This document shows positions 62,613 to 64,000 of a DNA stretch of 64,000 nt, one piece after another. The notes below the pieces were generated by a model. That model did not search any database. It saw nothing but the letters and a program-made list of their open reading frames with translations, and was not told the DNA's origin. This DNA is from an uncultured Verrucomicrobiae bacterium (GTDB lineage Bacteria; Verrucomicrobiota; Verrucomicrobiia; Chthoniobacterales; Chthoniobacteraceae). Each line of letters begins with the position of its first letter. Within the stretch, counting starts at the first letter, position 1. The stretch is taken from positions 448,001 through 512,000 of the forward strand of contig CAWHEP010000008.1 of the NCBI GenBank assembly GCA_963828525.1. Direction: 5' to 3'. Both the position numbers and the translations under genes were made by a program.

Positions 62613-63429
62613 TTACTCGAACCATTCCAGAGCCGCAACGGCACTGTAAACTCCCTTTGATCCCAGCTTATTTTCTTCCGACCCACTTCCACCAGCACTT
62701 TCATCAGCTGGTCTCCATGTTCCATCACTGTCTAGCTCCATTCTACGAGTGGCAACCCTAAAGTTAGCTTGTGCAATCAAGATGTCTACCTGCCAAGAAG
62801 AATTGGGAACTCCATCCTTCTTCGCCGTCACTGCACCTCCCAAACTGTTGCCTTGCGCCTCCGTATAAGCAGCACCAAATGTAATCGTCTTACTGAAGCC
62901 GAGGCTGGCCCCAAACGTCGTTGTCTGTGTAATACCTACAGAACCTGTAAATTGTAAACTTTGTCCAACATCCCCGGCAGCCCCTACTCCGGTGTCAACC
63001 CACCCCATATATTGCAACAGGTACTCGTATTGGGTTCCCTGCTGCCCGTTGTAATTTGCATCAGGCACCGTGTTGCCGACTACCCAACCGACGTCATCTG
63101 GCAGCGGGGGCTGGCCCTGACTTGTTATGAGACCTGTGCTATCACAGTCATTGATGGGACGTGAGGTGTATGCGCGATTATTTACCCCGTCTGGGAACCC
63201 AGATGGATCCGCCGTCGTCCAGCGGCTCAACTGAGGATCGTACTCACGAGCATTGAACACATACGCTCCCAGCGCCTTGCTATAAGGCTTGCCGGTATAG
63301 CGTATATCCTCCGGCGCGAGCGTGGTTACGCGGAGCCTGCCGTTATTTCGGCGTCTCCGCATGCGCGGCGGTTGCTCCTAGGGCGGCGAGCCCCAGGAGA
63401 ATGGCGATGATGTGTTTCATTGTTTTCAT
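62613..63429 (-). CDS. Signal peptide + Rhs-associated core/autoprotease + C-terminal putative toxin (apparent frameshift near 63345)
   Basis: MKTMKHIIAILLGLAALGATAAHA; RYTGKPY..GAYVFNAREYDPQLSRWTTADPSG-X18-DSTGL; ~171-aa unique tail. Confidence 0.8.
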
Positions 63430-63891
63430 GGTGTCTTTCCTGTTTGCGGCTGGAGGCTTGTTTGTGATGGAAAGCCCGGCGCCTCCAGCGGCGCGGGCTT
63501 TCCGGGTTGTGGCGCAACCGACCTCGGTTTGCCAAAGGCTGTCAGCGGAGTGATCCGTAATTCGGTGTCGGACACGACGGCAAGCGTCGTCCCAAGCAGG
63601 TCGTTTATATCGTAGCTTGTGTGTCCATCCTTGATTCTGGCGATGCAGGAACCGCCATTTACGTGGGGTTCGATCACGTCGTACTCTCCACTCACATAGA
63701 TAAGGGCGAGGCCGTCCCAGAGATAATCCTCCACTGTTTCCGGAGGGCGGCCCGGGCTCTTCACGACTTGCCCGAACGCAAGCTGTCCGTCGGGCCAGTA
63801 CTCGAAGGTGTTCGAGGAGCCGTCCGGTTGCGTGATCGCAAGAGCCTTGTCGAGGTAGCCGTAGCGATGCACCGCCTTTTGCTGCCCAACT
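63426..63891 (-). pseudogene. 3' fragment of an Rhs/YD-repeat shell gene (second copy)
   Basis: Near-identical to 61196-61660; ends ..QTGKTP* overlapping the next ATG. Confidence 0.75.
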
Positions 63892-64000
63892 GAACTTCTC
63901 CTTGTCGGCAATTTGCTGGATAGCCGCCAGTGTCTCCGAGCCACTCCCGAGAGCCGGGTAGTAATAACCCCTCCCCTCGCGGATTTCGTCCGGTGTCGTA
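63891..64000 (-). pseudogene. Esterase fragment (continues beyond the window)
   Basis: TTPDEIREGRGYYYPALGSG.. matching 59801-59910. Confidence 0.7.

Larger units (their letters stand above)
61007..64000. repeat. Dispersed cassette repeats: ~770-bp block starting at 61007 and 63248; esterase block starting at 59801, 61660 and 63891
   Basis: Direct comparison of near-identical sequence; spacing of the first block 2241 bp. Confidence 0.92.

Noticed and set aside
57046..64000. Whole repeat region as a pure assembly artefact
   Set aside because: Copies carry codon-structured divergence and different unique genes between shared blocks. Exact copy number still needs read support.
55900..64000. Prophage, integron or IS element
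   Set aside because: No integrase, transposase, phage structural gene, attC-like site or terminal repeat is recognisable in the window.

Overview
Bacterial chromosome segment, most likely from a GC-rich Verrucomicrobium (inferred from protein style and PVC-type ribosomal gene order). Bases 1-38 kb are housekeeping genes: ileS, uvrA, Lhr, pyc, dnaE, rnhC, mutY, gyrAB, pfkA, eda, trpF, Anbu, a secretin, bactofilins and an STT3-like glycosyltransferase. Bases 38-55.8 kb are the str/S10/spc/alpha ribosomal superoperon on the minus strand, with no tuf, rpsN, rpmD, infA or rpoA/rplQ and with an extra exported-protein gene between rpsS and rplV. Many essential genes carry single-base frameshifts, best explained as long-read indel errors. 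The accessory region at 55.9-64 kb is the most interesting part. It holds a polymorphic-toxin cassette array built on an apparently split Rhs architecture: the Rhs-shell reading frame stops just before the core, and a separate ATGA-coupled gene encodes signal peptide + Rhs core/autoprotease (DPxG-X18-DxxG) + variable toxin, followed by a signal-peptide immunity-like gene. The cassettes are deleted, fused and tandemly amplified (~1056-bp unit, ~2.5 copies, promoter capture, divergent allele patch). They end in a DUF3102-like gene with four copies of a 21-25-bp palindrome. All calls are by eye; no searches were run.
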